Shown one piece after another: positions 53,601 to 61,000 of a stretch of DNA of 64,000 bases (positions are counted from its first letter, which is position 1; the number at the start of each line of letters is the position of its first letter). The stretch lies in the NCBI GenBank assembly GCA_965215125.1, contig OZ244052.1, positions 1,504,001 to 1,568,000 of the forward strand, read 5' to 3'. Both the position numbers and the translations under genes were made by a program. The stretch comes from an uncultured candidatus Porisulfidus sp. (GTDB lineage: Bacteria; Pseudomonadota; Gammaproteobacteria; Poriferisulfidales; Oxydemutatoraceae). Under the pieces are notes generated by a model that searched no databases, was not told the origin of the DNA, and saw nothing but the letters and a program-made list of their open reading frames with translations.

Positions 53601-54540
53601 AGCCTCTGCATTGACAGATATAGAACTTGATCCCGACTTTACCAAAGACCAAATAACTTATACGGCAAGTGTGATATTTAGTGTAAGCAGTGTGGAAGTG
53701 ACACCAACGGCGAATAGTGCTTATGCCACTATCATGGTTAACGGCGAGGAGTTGACTGATAGTACGAGCAATGTGGTATTAAACAATCCAGCCGAAATGG
53801 TAGAAACGGAAGTCGCAGTTAAAGTGATTGCTGAAGATGACATTACATCCCAAACTTATACTATAGCGATTATGCGGGCAGCAACGGAGAGCAGCGATGC
53901 AAGACTCAGAAGCTTATCATTAGACAATATCCCGTTTACCTTTAATCCCTCAACGAATACTTATAGTATAACGGTTAATCATGGGGTGGAAAAGACAACG
54001 GTGACGGCAATGGTATTTCATCCGGGAGCAAGGGTCACAAGGCTTACCTTAGACGGCACCTCGCAAAATGATCCCGCTATTGATTTGAAAGTGGGTTCCA
54101 ATGTAATTGCGATTAGAGTTATTGCCGAAGATACTTCACCGAGCACCTATACCATAACCATCACGCGTCTGGAAAACAACGATACAGGACTCAGAAGCTT
54201 ATCATTAGACAATATCCCGTTTACCTTTAATCCCTCAACGAGGACTTATGAGATAATGGTCGGAGAGGAGATAACCGAGACGACGGTGACGGCAGTGGTA
54301 TCTTTCAATGGAGCAATGATTACAGATCTTACGGTAAACGATAATGCACAGACTTTCACTGTCGGCACGAATATAGAAGAGAGTATCGCATTAAATACGG
54401 ATAATACTGTAATAGAGATCACCGTGACCGCAGCAAATAGTACTACAGACACTTATACCCTAACTATCACGCGTGCACAACCGCCGGTTTCCGACATTCG
54501 TCTCCGTATCAAGGTATTTCTTGAAGGCCCCTTGCAATAG
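41689..54540 (+). CDS. Giant (4283 aa) secreted Ig-like repeat protein 2 with 3 cadherin-like beta-sandwich domains and C-terminal KVFLEGP peptide
   Basis: Signal peptide (SAFA|Q). Collinear with the giant 1 N-terminal half. 4 x 737-aa repeat. Three L.SL.L..F.P....Y..TV...TYTITITR modules (about 53557-54480). No TM anchor; ends IRLRIKVFLEGPLQ*. Confidence 0.9.
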   Translation: MIAKQRNPIRKIFTILLLLLVGSAFAQTSFVQSRFSGMPSDENEIAGECNDCQPSVDGVLEYRIAMEELESDRVNTTATYNVQMRIIGGNTITKGATRLAFASARLTYNTDAFGKKAKENNKCDYDVVGAFAEQGKGYSYTFNDTTDDSFTITAYTPARTTTASNLVQLSETFQDFVKISCNIENSDQDAGVAISGTDITANMIYVYSDANETNTNISARRGIFPLVHNSLRGFRLDEKTWVRDYSRYGDGRGVRLEFSKGIDTQLTEANFTLDATTATTDSVISKVNHNSGSNYAEIEFSQAIGDDILRLVSSSPTVKDADNGELADGNFVAALFYDSVAPRVTAIAQNTDFSGPANRTEWILTFSSAISPSTVNKDSLCVAEMNGICVAEGMTPTIPIIGVRTDGDSPTTLTVVVDQTAGFATGGMRSIEFRRNAIQGATNFKVVEDYQPALRDAVILQQDTTAPEITVARVRSDGTPASASDNLIPVGDNYVMYFQVTANEDVESLDDLDSYQLQDNTGTVVDDAVGSIHSGSGSNRSVILRYTILVSSATSVTYFTVVRSNVATSLQDVASNQPVDVDRNPIANGGIITNAPSARAPRDTTGPIITVGTTTIMPTSSGLKYIVTFEINANESVPTIAEVNSYTVTREGDGNEPSVTDTVDVVANDAMTAATVTYTAAFGSDQYADVRATTGWTLGFVSGALLDVDRNAPTLPDSPLASRDTTAPQITIAGSPTLTLDATTATASFVVVADKAVETLDEGDSYQLYRFEGGPGSPVSGATAAIDPRSDNRRTTLTYVVALSDQEVIDTESFGLYRAEDNTKLLDNSGNLPVQGDGSTLIATDTEIDSTRRAVKETEGAMITVAIVDQVDADNDVEAEPNPNDGSQYTIGFTITNTEHSTKPIGDLATTTSYTILRRVGSNNLNTTITVVSGAGSEDSAGVATLEFVVSIADQATTEMTDGFVLARANNADALLDRSGNPPRLGTTPIGVGAVIDASVIARRDTTAPNLTVSPSTAETDDGKVYTFSFEVTREEAVRGFSITSSYSLLVAEKEENVMSGFQVVSGTNPSVEFSEDRPTTAVVKYSVDVDDLQSNLSIASTYGFMLGRAGGGLRDLANNDPVQSDAAGDRTATEVADGQPLQLGQVVVLDRVSPSITVSADSIAPVPATVGRYTMSFTTTATEAVRNIAQAGSYRLMRVRTDNTWEAASETAMQEQVSVGMNNEVDGLGTSATFTYTITFTGEAPTRLANIRGTRGFTLALVSGENQVNLRDIATNLPVKSNGDAIYDTDGTTLLNDGIIAPISGGVIVASAVAARDTTGPDLTVASIGNAVPGATAVALSGRFTVGSTEAIRDINSTASYSLLRIPLNSDGSPNDGGAVLESSATFTVSSGSNLSQSVTIDFTAVLDDVVQVRGTYGFTLASAIVAGGGLRDIWGNAVVAISAEQNRLTAGNNAVVAIEKVPPQITIAGSPTLTLDADTATATFVVLASEDVETLDEGDSYQLYRFEGGTGSPVSGATATIDPRSDNRRTTLTYVVTLTAQEVMDTESFGLYRAEDNTKLLDNSGNLPVQGDGSTLIATGTEIDSTRRAVKETEGAMITVAIVDQVDADNDVEADPNPNDGNQYTIGFTVTNTDHGTQSISDLATTASYTILRRVGNSNLNTTITVVSGTGSDNGAGVATLEFVVSIADQATTEMTDGFVLARANNADALLDSSGNPPRLGTTPIGVGAVIDASVIARRDTTAPNLTVSPSTAETDDGKVYTFSFEVTREEAVRGFSITSSYSLLVAEKEENVMSGFQVVSGTNPSVEFSEDRPTTAVFEYSVDVDDLQSNLSIASTYGFMLGRAGGGLRDLANNDPVQSDAAGDRTATEVADGQPLQLGQVVVLDRVSPSITVSADSIAPVPATVGRYTMSFTTTATEAVRNIAQAGSYRLMRVRTDNTWEAASLTASQEPVSVGMNNEVDGLGTSATFTYTITFTGEAPTRLANIRGTRGFTLALVSGENQVNLRDIATNLPVKSNGDAIYDTDGTTLLDDGIIAPISGGVIVASAVAARDTTGPDLTVASIGNAVPGATAVALSGRFTVGSTEAIRDINSTASYSLLRIPLNSDGSPNDGGAVLESSATFTVSSGSNLSQSVTIDFTAVLDDVVQVRGTYGFTLASAIVAGGGLRDIWGNAVVAISAEQNRLTAGNNAVVAIEKVPPQITIAGSPTLTLDADTATATFVVLASEDVETLDEGDSYQLYRFEGGTGSPVSGATATIDPRSDNRRTTLTYVVTLTAQQVIDTESFGLYRAEDNTKLLDNSGNLPVQGDGSTLIATGTEIDSTRRAVKETEGAMITVAIVDQVDADNDVEADPNPNDGNQYTIGFTVTNTDHGTQPIDDLATTASYTILRRVGNSNLNTTITVVSGTGSDNGAGVATLEFVVSIADQATTEMTDGFVLARANNADALLDSSGNPPRLGTTPIGVGAVIDASVIARRDTTAPNLTVSPSTAETDDGKVYTFSFEVTREEAVRGFSITSSYSLLVAEKEENVMSGFQVAGGINPSVEFSEDRPTTAVFEYSVDVDDLQSNLSIVSTYGFMLGRAGGGLRDLANNDPVQSDAAGDRTTTEVADGQPLQLGQVVLLDRVSPSITVSADSIAPVPATVGRYTMSFTTTATEAVRNIAQAGSYRLMRVRTDNTWEAASLTASQEPVSVGMNNEVDGLGTSATFTYTITFTGEAPTRLANIRGTRGFTLALVSGENQVNLRDIATNLPVKSNGDAIYDTDGTTLLDDGIIAPISGGVIVASAVAARDTTGPDLTVASIGNAVPGATAVALSGRFTVGSTEAIRDINSTASYSLLRIPLNSDGSPNDGGAVLESSATFTVSSGSNLSQSVTIDFTAVLDDVVQVRGTYGFTLASAIVAGGGLRDIWGNAVVAISAEQNRLTAGNNAVVAIEKVPPQITIAGSPTLTLDATTATATFVVLASEDVETLDEGDSYQLYRFEGGSGSPVSGATATIDPRSDNRRTTLTYVVTLTAQQVIDTESFGLYRAEDNTKLLDNSGNLPVQGDGSTLIATGTEIDSTRRAVKETEGAMITVAIVDQVDADNDVEAEPNPNDGNQYTIGFTVTNTDHGTQPIDDLATTASYTILRRVGNSNLNTTITVVSGTGSEDSAGVATLEFVVSIADQATTEMTDGFVLARANNADALLDSSGNPPRLGTTPIGVGAVIDASVIARRDTTAPNLTVSPSTAETDDGKVYTFSFEVTREEAVRGFSITSSYSLLVAEKEENVMSGFQVAGGINPSVEFSEDRPTTAVFEYSVDVDDLQSNLSIVSTYGFMLGRAGGGLRDLANNDPVQSDAAGDRTTTEVADGQPLQLGQVVLLDRVSPSITVSADSIAPVPATVGRYTMSFTTTATEAVRNIAQAGSYRLMRVKTDNTWEAASETAMQEQVSVGMNNEVDGLGTSATFTYTITFTGEATTRLANIRDTRGFTLALVSGENQVNLRDIATNLPVKSNGDNIYDADGTTLLDDGIIAPISGGVIVASAVAARDTTGPDLTVASIGNAVPGATAVALSGRFTVGSTEAIRDINSTASYSLLRIPLNSDGSPNDGGAVLESSATFTVSSGTNLSQSVTIDFTAVLDDVVQVRGTYGFTLASAIVAGGGLRDIWGNAVVAISAEQNRLTAGNNAVVAIEKVPPQINVVADGVAVPVAETNGTEYTVRFNVDVQNAEEVKGLGDTSSYNVIRIGDSGNTTATAVSGNSNADNTTATLVYEVAVASPVGITGFTLAGGSDVEALRDNSGNLAVQGSSTTTKIATGVRIDDDGTALAQRDTMPPAITVVAGADDAVLQAQAEAGNTYRMMFTVTVADDDNVPSLNTTSSYQLVRIFKDGRVPELVRGATVEAADNVFTYTAMLTTDIEDTEGFTLARSSDETSLLDASGNMPVKNDGTTMIAIGDVIAPIDDDGQVVRSAIARTPRSDDDTLIGLVLRNLIASALTDIELDPDFTKDQITYTASVIFSVSSVEVTPTANSAYATIMVNGEELTDSTSNVVLNNPAEMVETEVAVKVIAEDDITSQTYTIAIMRAATESSDARLRSLSLDNIPFTFNPSTNTYSITVNHGVEKTTVTAMVFHPGARVTRLTLDGTSQNDPAIDLKVGSNVIAIRVIAEDTSPSTYTITITRLENNDTGLRSLSLDNIPFTFNPSTRTYEIMVGEEITETTVTAVVSFNGAMITDLTVNDNAQTFTVGTNIEESIALNTDNTVIEITVTAANSTTDTYTLTITRAQPPVSDIRLRIKVFLEGPLQ
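43873..52716 (+). repeat. Four tandem near-identical 2211-bp (737-aa) coding repeats
   Basis: caaatcacgatagcaggttctccg recurs at 43873, 46084, 48295 and 50506. Antisense ORFs repeat with the same period. Confidence 0.97.
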
Positions 54541-54790
54541 TTAGGAGCTATACGCGCTTCCTAAAGCATAAGCATTGATGCAAACCCAATCACCGGTTAA
54601 GTCTAAGATTATATACGAGCAATCTATAACGAAGGTTCATGATTTCCTTAACGAACCTTGTCTGCTTGACGATGATTTATATCAAACTATGACATGTTGG
54701 ATTTCTCCCTCAAATGGAACCTAACATTGTGCCTAGCTATTAGAGTTTTATGCTATAATGCTTCTTTACTAAATAAGGATACATAAAATA

Positions 54791-55060
54791 ATGCCTTTGA
54801 ATAAAGAAGAGAAAAGCAAAGTAGTCAAGGAATACGCTCGCTCCGAAAAAGACACGGGTTCGGTTGAAGTTCAGGTTGCCCTATTGACAGAGCGCATCAA
54901 TGGTCTTCAAAATCACTTCGCAGAGCATAAGAAAGATACACACTCTAGAAGAGGTTTGCTTAGGATGGTGAACTCGCGTCGCCAGCTCCTTGATTACTTA
55001 AAATCCAAAGATAAAGATCGCTACCAAGTTCTAATATCTTCTCTAGGACTACGCCGCTAA
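54791..55060 (+). CDS. rpsO: 30S ribosomal protein S15
   Basis: [33 protein letters not shown]. Confidence 0.98.
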   Translation: MPLNKEEKSKVVKEYARSEKDTGSVEVQVALLTERINGLQNHFAEHKKDTHSRRGLLRMVNSRRQLLDYLKSKDKDRYQVLISSLGLRR

Positions 55061-55085
55061 AGCGCGCTTGATAGAAAGAGGAAAT

Positions 55086-57173
55086 ATGTCCATAGTTAGG
55101 AAAACCTTCCAATATGGTGGCTATACGGTTTCATTGGAAACCGGTAGGATCGCCCGTCAAGCCGATAGTGCGGTGTTGGTGAATATGGAAGATACGGTCG
55201 TTCTGGCGAGTGTCACCAGCAAACGCGAACCTTCCGTTTATAGAGATTTCTTACCACTTTCCGTTTATTATCAGGAACGTGCCTATGCTGCGGGTAAAAT
55301 ACCTGGTGGTTTTTTCAAACGCGAAGGACGCCCGTCGGAGAAAGAAACTTTAATATCTAGATTAATAGATAGACCCATACGCCCTCTATTTTCGGAAGGA
55401 TTTTCGGATGAAGTACAAATTGTTGCGACGGTTTTATCGTTAAACCCTCAAGTTGATGCCGATATACCTGCTTTATTGGCGGCGTCTGCCGCAATTTCTA
55501 TTTCGGGTATACCGTTTAACGGACCTATCGGAGCAGCTCGTATAGGTTTTCAAGATGGAAATTATTTGCTTAACCCTACCCTAGATCAATTAGACGCTTC
55601 GGATTTAGATTTAGTTGTGGCAGGCACCGATAAGGCGGTGCTTATGGTAGAGTCGCAAGCCAAAGAATTGAGCGAAGAGCAGATGTTGGGAGCGGTGACC
55701 TTCGGGCACGAACAAATGCAATCGGCAATTGATGTTATTAAAGAAATGGTCGATGAAGTCGCTAACCCGAAATGGGACTGGCAACCTTTGGCAAATCTTG
55801 ATGAGATCAGTGAGGAATTGGAGAGACATTTGGGTTCCGAGTTGCGGGAGATTTATACCATCTCGGATAAAATTGAGCGTCACACAGCGGTTACGGCATT
55901 ACGCGATAAAGCATTAACCTTATTAACGACGGAAAATAGTGGAGACGAAGACACGGAAAGCCGAGAAATGCAGATATTGGGTGCGTTTTCGGCACTAGAG
56001 AAAAAGATTGTCCGAAATAAAATTATCAACGGAGAGCCGCGCATAGATGGTCGCAATACCCGTACGGTTAGACCCATCGCTATTGAAGTCGGGCAATTGC
56101 CGAGAGTACATGGAGATGCTTTATTCACCAGAGGTGAAACCCAAGCCATAGTTACCACAACATTGGGCACCGATAGAGATGCCCAAATTATTGACGGCAT
56201 AGAAAAAGAGTATAAAGAGCGTTTTATGTTGCACTATAATTTCCCCTCGTATTGTGTAGGTGAAGTCGGGTTTATGGGTTCTCCTAAGCGCCGTGAAATA
56301 GGGCACGGCCGTTTGGCAAAACGAGGTTTGTTGGCGGTGATGCCGGACGAAAGCGAATTTCCTTATGTGATACGCGTGGTTTCTGAAATCACCGAGTCAA
56401 ATGGTTCTAGTTCTATGGCATCGGTTTGTGGCACCAGTCTGGCGTTGATGGATGCCGGTGTGCCGCTCAAATCGCATGTGAGCGGTATTGCGATGGGATT
56501 GATCTTACAGGGCGATCGTTATGCAGTGTTGAGCGACATTATGGGAGACGAGGATCATTTCGGTGATATGGATTTCAAAGTGGCAGGTACCGAGAAAGGT
56601 GTTACGGCGCTTCAGATGGATATAAAAATAGAAGGTGTTACTCCCGAGATTATGCACGCTGCTTTAGAGCAGGCAAAAGAAGGGCGGTTGCATATTCTTG
56701 CCAAGATGACCGAAGCACTTGATAGTCCGAACCAATTTTCGGAATATGCCCCCAAACTGCTAACTTTGCAGGTGAATCAGAACAAAATTCGCGACATTAT
56801 AGGCAAAGGTGGGGCAACAATTCGTGCATTAACCGAAGAGACCGGTACCGTTATCAATGTAGAAGACGACGGAACTGTCGTTATCGCCTCGCCGGATGGT
56901 GAATCGGCCAATGAAGCTAAACGGCGCATTGAGGAATTGACCGCAGATGTGGAAATAGGACGAGTCTATAACGGCAAAGTAGTGCGTATTATGGACTTCG
57001 GTGCTTTTGTAACCATTCTACCGGGTAGAGACGGTTTATTACATGTTTCTCAAATTTGCGAGGAGCGTGTAAAGGATGTTAGAGATAAGCTAAACGAGGG
57101 CGACGAAGTTAGTGTGAAAGTATTGGATATAGATAAACAAGGGCGAATCCGATTGAGTATGAAAGCAGTCTAA
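55086..57173 (+). CDS. pnp: Polyribonucleotide nucleotidyltransferase
   Basis: [40 protein letters not shown] and S1 domains. ATG at 55086. Confidence 0.98.
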   Translation: MSIVRKTFQYGGYTVSLETGRIARQADSAVLVNMEDTVVLASVTSKREPSVYRDFLPLSVYYQERAYAAGKIPGGFFKREGRPSEKETLISRLIDRPIRPLFSEGFSDEVQIVATVLSLNPQVDADIPALLAASAAISISGIPFNGPIGAARIGFQDGNYLLNPTLDQLDASDLDLVVAGTDKAVLMVESQAKELSEEQMLGAVTFGHEQMQSAIDVIKEMVDEVANPKWDWQPLANLDEISEELERHLGSELREIYTISDKIERHTAVTALRDKALTLLTTENSGDEDTESREMQILGAFSALEKKIVRNKIINGEPRIDGRNTRTVRPIAIEVGQLPRVHGDALFTRGETQAIVTTTLGTDRDAQIIDGIEKEYKERFMLHYNFPSYCVGEVGFMGSPKRREIGHGRLAKRGLLAVMPDESEFPYVIRVVSEITESNGSSSMASVCGTSLALMDAGVPLKSHVSGIAMGLILQGDRYAVLSDIMGDEDHFGDMDFKVAGTEKGVTALQMDIKIEGVTPEIMHAALEQAKEGRLHILAKMTEALDSPNQFSEYAPKLLTLQVNQNKIRDIIGKGGATIRALTEETGTVINVEDDGTVVIASPDGESANEAKRRIEELTADVEIGRVYNGKVVRIMDFGAFVTILPGRDGLLHVSQICEERVKDVRDKLNEGDEVSVKVLDIDKQGRIRLSMKAV

Positions 57174-57231
57174 GTCATAGCTTTTCATACTGTAGAAAAA
57201 ACTATCAAATCTCCGATTCACACTCAATGCT

Positions 57232-57627
57232 ATGAATAAGCTAATTCAAAGCGATCAAGAATGGCGCAAACAACTTAGCGACGAGCAGTATCGCGTATGT
57301 CGGCAAAAAGGTACGGAACCTCCGTTTAGCGGACAATATTACGCTAACCAAATCAAAGGTATTTATCATTGCGTCTGTTGCGATACACCGATATTTTCAT
57401 CGCAAACCAAGTTTGATTCGGGCAGTGGTTGGCCTAGCTTCTACGCCCCTATAGATGAACAGGTAATAGAGAGTCGGGAGGACTACTCGCTGGGCATGAA
57501 ACGAACCGAGATTTTGTGTGCAATCTGCGATGCTCACTTAGGTCATGTGTTTGAAGATGGCCCACAACCCACAGCGTTGCGTTATTGTATCAATTCCGTA
57601 GCACTTCGTTTCCGGCCCGAAGAATAA
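57232..57627 (+). CDS. msrB: Peptide-methionine (R)-S-oxide reductase
   Basis: [34 protein letters not shown]. Confidence 0.97.
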   Translation: MNKLIQSDQEWRKQLSDEQYRVCRQKGTEPPFSGQYYANQIKGIYHCVCCDTPIFSSQTKFDSGSGWPSFYAPIDEQVIESREDYSLGMKRTEILCAICDAHLGHVFEDGPQPTALRYCINSVALRFRPEE

Positions 57628-57788
57628 ACGAACTACCGGAATACTCGGTAAATCTCGTATCCGACACTGTAGGTCTTAGTATTAAAACTTTCTAGCTCTA
57701 ATCCGTATGTTTATGATACAATGTAGGGTTATACGAGTAATACCCCCCCGAGGGTATTTGATTTCCAAGAATTTATGAGGAGATAATT

Positions 57789-57968
57789 ATGCAAGTTAAA
57801 TGGAATGAGAATACCTGTATACATGCAGGAAATTGCGTTAAGGGTTTACCGTCTGTTTTTAAGATAGTAGATGGTAAATTTGTTATTGATGAATCTGGCG
57901 CAAGTGAGGAGGCGATACGAGAGCAAGTGTCGGAGTGTCCTTCGGGTGCTTTGACCATTGAAGAATAA
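57789..57968 (+). CDS. Small divergent 4Fe-4S mono-cluster protein (YjdI/Fer4_19-like), not in ORF track
   Basis: MQVKWNENTCIHAGNCVKGLPSVF...CPSGALTIEE* (59 aa), with GAGGAG RBS. Confidence 0.85.
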   Translation: MQVKWNENTCIHAGNCVKGLPSVFKIVDGKFVIDESGASEEAIREQVSECPSGALTIEE

Positions 57969-57995
57969 ACTTTAACTCAACAGGAGGTATATAAG

Positions 57996-58658
57996 ATGAT
58001 TGGAGATCAATTAAGAAACCGTATGGTTTTATATGGTCATCCAAAGTGTATAAACACTGCTAAATGTTTACAGATGGCAGCCGAAAAAGGAGTTGATATA
58101 GAAGCTAAAGTGATAGATATGGACGGTGAAGGATTGGACAGTTCGGAGATTCGAGCATTGTCTCCTTTAGGTGTCGCCCCTATACTACAAGATATAGACT
58201 TTGTTATATACGGCGTATCGTGTGCACTTTCTTATTTAGACGATAAGGGTTTCGGTCCTTCACTGGTTCCTAGAAACGGTGTTATCAGAGCACTTATGTA
58301 TCAATGGATTGGCGTTGCGTCGGATATAGTTCAGCCTAAAATTGCAGCGGACGACGCATCGGGCATAGGCGATTCTTTAAGTCAATTGAACGCACAAATC
58401 ACAAATCCACCTAAAAAAGGTGATTATATATGCGGAGATTTCTCTATGGCCGACGTACACTGGTCTGCCTGTATTAACGCACTAATGATCAAAGGACACG
58501 GCGATTTAGTTGGGCAGCACGGGAAAGTGCAGGAGTGGTTTAACAAAGTAAAACAACATCCGAGCACGAGTAAGGAGAATATTATTCCCTATACCGCCGT
58601 GCCGACATCGGAGGATATGCAGAACGGCACGCTTAGGGATATTTCTATTAATGTCTGA
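57996..58658 (+). CDS. Glutathione S-transferase family protein
   Basis: LSPLGVAP.L.D..F, YLDD, YICGDFSMADVH, WF..V..HPS. AGGAGG RBS. Confidence 0.8.
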   Translation: MIGDQLRNRMVLYGHPKCINTAKCLQMAAEKGVDIEAKVIDMDGEGLDSSEIRALSPLGVAPILQDIDFVIYGVSCALSYLDDKGFGPSLVPRNGVIRALMYQWIGVASDIVQPKIAADDASGIGDSLSQLNAQITNPPKKGDYICGDFSMADVHWSACINALMIKGHGDLVGQHGKVQEWFNKVKQHPSTSKENIIPYTAVPTSEDMQNGTLRDISINV

Positions 58659-58722
58659 AATATCCGAGTAAGATTAAGCCTGCTGCTCACAAAGCACTTT
58701 GTGATGTGCTGTAAATATTATT

Positions 58723-59808
58723 ATGTTTATATTTGATTTATTTAAGCCAAGCAAAGAGCATAAAGCAACGATTAATCGGTCGGCTACGGTTACCGTACAA
58801 CCTAAAGAAAACTTGCTGGCAGCCGGTTTGGCGGCGGGATTAGCTTGGCCGCACGATTGTCGTGTCGGGAGTTGTGGCACCTGCCGTTGTTACCTAAAAA
58901 AGGGAAAAATCAAACCGCTTAACGATTTCTCTTATGTATTGACTCAGGATCAGCTCAATGCCGGGATGATTCTCGCTTGTCAGACATCCCTAAAATCGGA
59001 TGTTGAGATAGAAGTAGAACTTGATTCAGAGAGTAGCACTACAGAAATTGTTAATTGTGAAGGCACCTTGACGCAAGTACGCAATCTAACACACGACATT
59101 ATTGCAATGTTAATTAGCTGTGATAAAGATATGCCCGCCGATATGAAAGCCGGGCAGTACGCAGAAATATCGCATGAAAATTTAGAAAAACCTAGATCGT
59201 ACTCTTTTGCAAGCTCTCCACAGCAAGGCAATCCTCGAGAACTGCTATTTTTTGTTCGTCATGTACCGGGGGGGGAATTTACGGACTGGTTGTTTGAACG
59301 AGACCAAACGGGCACCCGTTTTAATATCGGTGTACCGTACGGCAATTTTTGGTTGCGTAACAGCGAAAAGCCTATGATTTGTATCGCCGGTGGTAGTGGC
59401 ATGAGTGCGCTCAAAGCAATTTTGGAACATGCTGCACATAACAAGATAAAGCGCGACGCATACTTCTTTTTCGGCGCACGAGCACAACGCGATTTATATT
59501 GCAGATCGGAGATGGAGGCGATTCGTGAAAACTGGACAGACGGCAAAACCTTCAAATTCATAGAAGTACTATCGGACGAGCCGGAAGATAGTGACTGGGA
59601 GGGACCGCGTGGTTTTGTCACCCAACACCTAAAAGAAGAATATATAGATAAAGGGGTGATGAACGCAAGTCAGTGTCAAGCGTATCTGTGTGGTCCTCCA
59701 CCGATGATAGATGCCGCTATTGCGGTACTTGCTGAAAATAATATGTCCGAGGATCAAATTTTCTACGACAAATTCTTAGATGCTTCAAGTATTCCCGGTG
59801 GTCGTTGA
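58723..59808 (+). CDS. 2Fe-2S/FAD/NAD reductase, XylA-like monooxygenase electron-transfer component
   Basis: PHDCRVGSCGTC..LACQ, RSYSFA, GG.F, CIAGGSG, YLCGPPPMID, DKF. Confidence 0.85.
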   Translation: MFIFDLFKPSKEHKATINRSATVTVQPKENLLAAGLAAGLAWPHDCRVGSCGTCRCYLKKGKIKPLNDFSYVLTQDQLNAGMILACQTSLKSDVEIEVELDSESSTTEIVNCEGTLTQVRNLTHDIIAMLISCDKDMPADMKAGQYAEISHENLEKPRSYSFASSPQQGNPRELLFFVRHVPGGEFTDWLFERDQTGTRFNIGVPYGNFWLRNSEKPMICIAGGSGMSALKAILEHAAHNKIKRDAYFFFGARAQRDLYCRSEMEAIRENWTDGKTFKFIEVLSDEPEDSDWEGPRGFVTQHLKEEYIDKGVMNASQCQAYLCGPPPMIDAAIAVLAENNMSEDQIFYDKFLDASSIPGGR

Positions 59809-59966
59809 TTATCCCACCATACAGAATTATCAACGGTGTAATTTTCATATGATTAACACGTCGCCCCAACCGAATTAGCAAATCATACAAGGATTATAAA
59901 CTCCTTGCATGTTATGAAGACATTGATATAATGCTACTCTTAATAGAGATAACTATGGGGTGAAAT

Positions 59967-60182
59967 ATGAAATTATTGATTACTATAGCATTGATGGTCG
60001 TGTGGTCCTTATTTATTGCCTATGCCATAAATATGGCTCCATTTTCCGACCATTTACATGACCCTCTGTGGAGTTTAGGTGCCGCCGTTGTTTTATTGAT
60101 CGGCTTGGTCGGTAACGTATGGATATTTTTCTTGATAATGAAAGATCGTCCGTGGTTATGGCACACCGACTCTAAACAATAG
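59967..60182 (+). CDS. Small two-TM membrane protein, unknown function
   Basis: Two hydrophobic segments and a GGGGTG RBS-like sequence. Confidence 0.6.
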   Translation: MKLLITIALMVVWSLFIAYAINMAPFSDHLHDPLWSLGAAVVLLIGLVGNVWIFFLIMKDRPWLWHTDSKQ

Positions 60183-60290
60183 AGGTAACTTAGATAAAAC
60201 ATTTCGGTTCTAGTGTCGCAAAGCCACTAGATAAAATTTTGTCCGTCTGTATAAAAGTCGGCAGTTTATCAATGTAAAAAAGAAATAACT

Positions 60291-60962
60291 ATGCAACAAG
60301 AATTTGAGATTAAAGCACAATCGCGCGATCAGTCCAATAGTAGTGCGAACCGCCGTATGCGGAAAGCAGGGCAGGTGCCTGCGGTCGTCTACGGTGGCAA
60401 TCGCCCGCCTGTATTACTTTCTATTAATCACAACGAACTAATACGGCATTTAGAAAACGAGGCTTTTTATTCGCACATTTTGACCTTAAAAGCCGTCGGT
60501 AGAAATGAAAAGGTTATTTTGCGTGATATACAACGCCATCCCAGCAAAGCACAAGTGTTACATATAGATTTCTTTAGAATTAGCGAAGATCAACAGATTA
60601 AGGTACATGTGCCGTTGCATTTTATCAACGAAGATATATGCGTGGGCGTCAAGCAGCAAGGAGGGATTATCAGCCATACGCAGACCGATGTGGAAGTATC
60701 GTGCTTGCCTAAAGATCTACCTGAATATCTAGACGTTGATGTTGCCGATTTGGGTTTAGGAAATTCTTTGCACTTGTCCGACCTTAAATTACCGGAAGAT
60801 ATTAGCTTGGTAGCATTGTCGCAAGGTGAAGCGAACGATTACGTACTCGTGTCGGTGATTATGCCGCGAGTGGCAGAGGTAGAAGCAGCAGCCGTAGTAG
60901 AAGAAGGTGAAGAACAACAACAAGCGGAAGATCAGAAAGAAGCGCAGGACGACAAAGAGTAA
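60291..60962 (+). CDS. rplY: 50S ribosomal protein L25/Ctc
   Basis: RRMRKAG.VPAVVYG, QRHP.K..VLHIDF, VPLHF, CLP..LPE. Confidence 0.97.
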   Translation: MQQEFEIKAQSRDQSNSSANRRMRKAGQVPAVVYGGNRPPVLLSINHNELIRHLENEAFYSHILTLKAVGRNEKVILRDIQRHPSKAQVLHIDFFRISEDQQIKVHVPLHFINEDICVGVKQQGGIISHTQTDVEVSCLPKDLPEYLDVDVADLGLGNSLHLSDLKLPEDISLVALSQGEANDYVLVSVIMPRVAEVEAAAVVEEGEEQQQAEDQKEAQDDKE

Positions 60963-61000
60963 TCGGATTTAGCTATTAGATCATCATCGTTTAGAAGTTT

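Noticed and set aside
41689-54540. RTX/T1SS adhesin or autotransporter interpretation of the giants
   Set aside because: No GGxGxD nonapeptides, no C-terminal beta-barrel and no TPS domain. Both giants have Sec-type signal peptides.
60205-60262. Hairpin upstream of rplY as an L25 leader
   Set aside because: A tctagtg/cactaga stem is present, but I cannot distinguish a leader from a terminator of the upstream gene without a covariance model.
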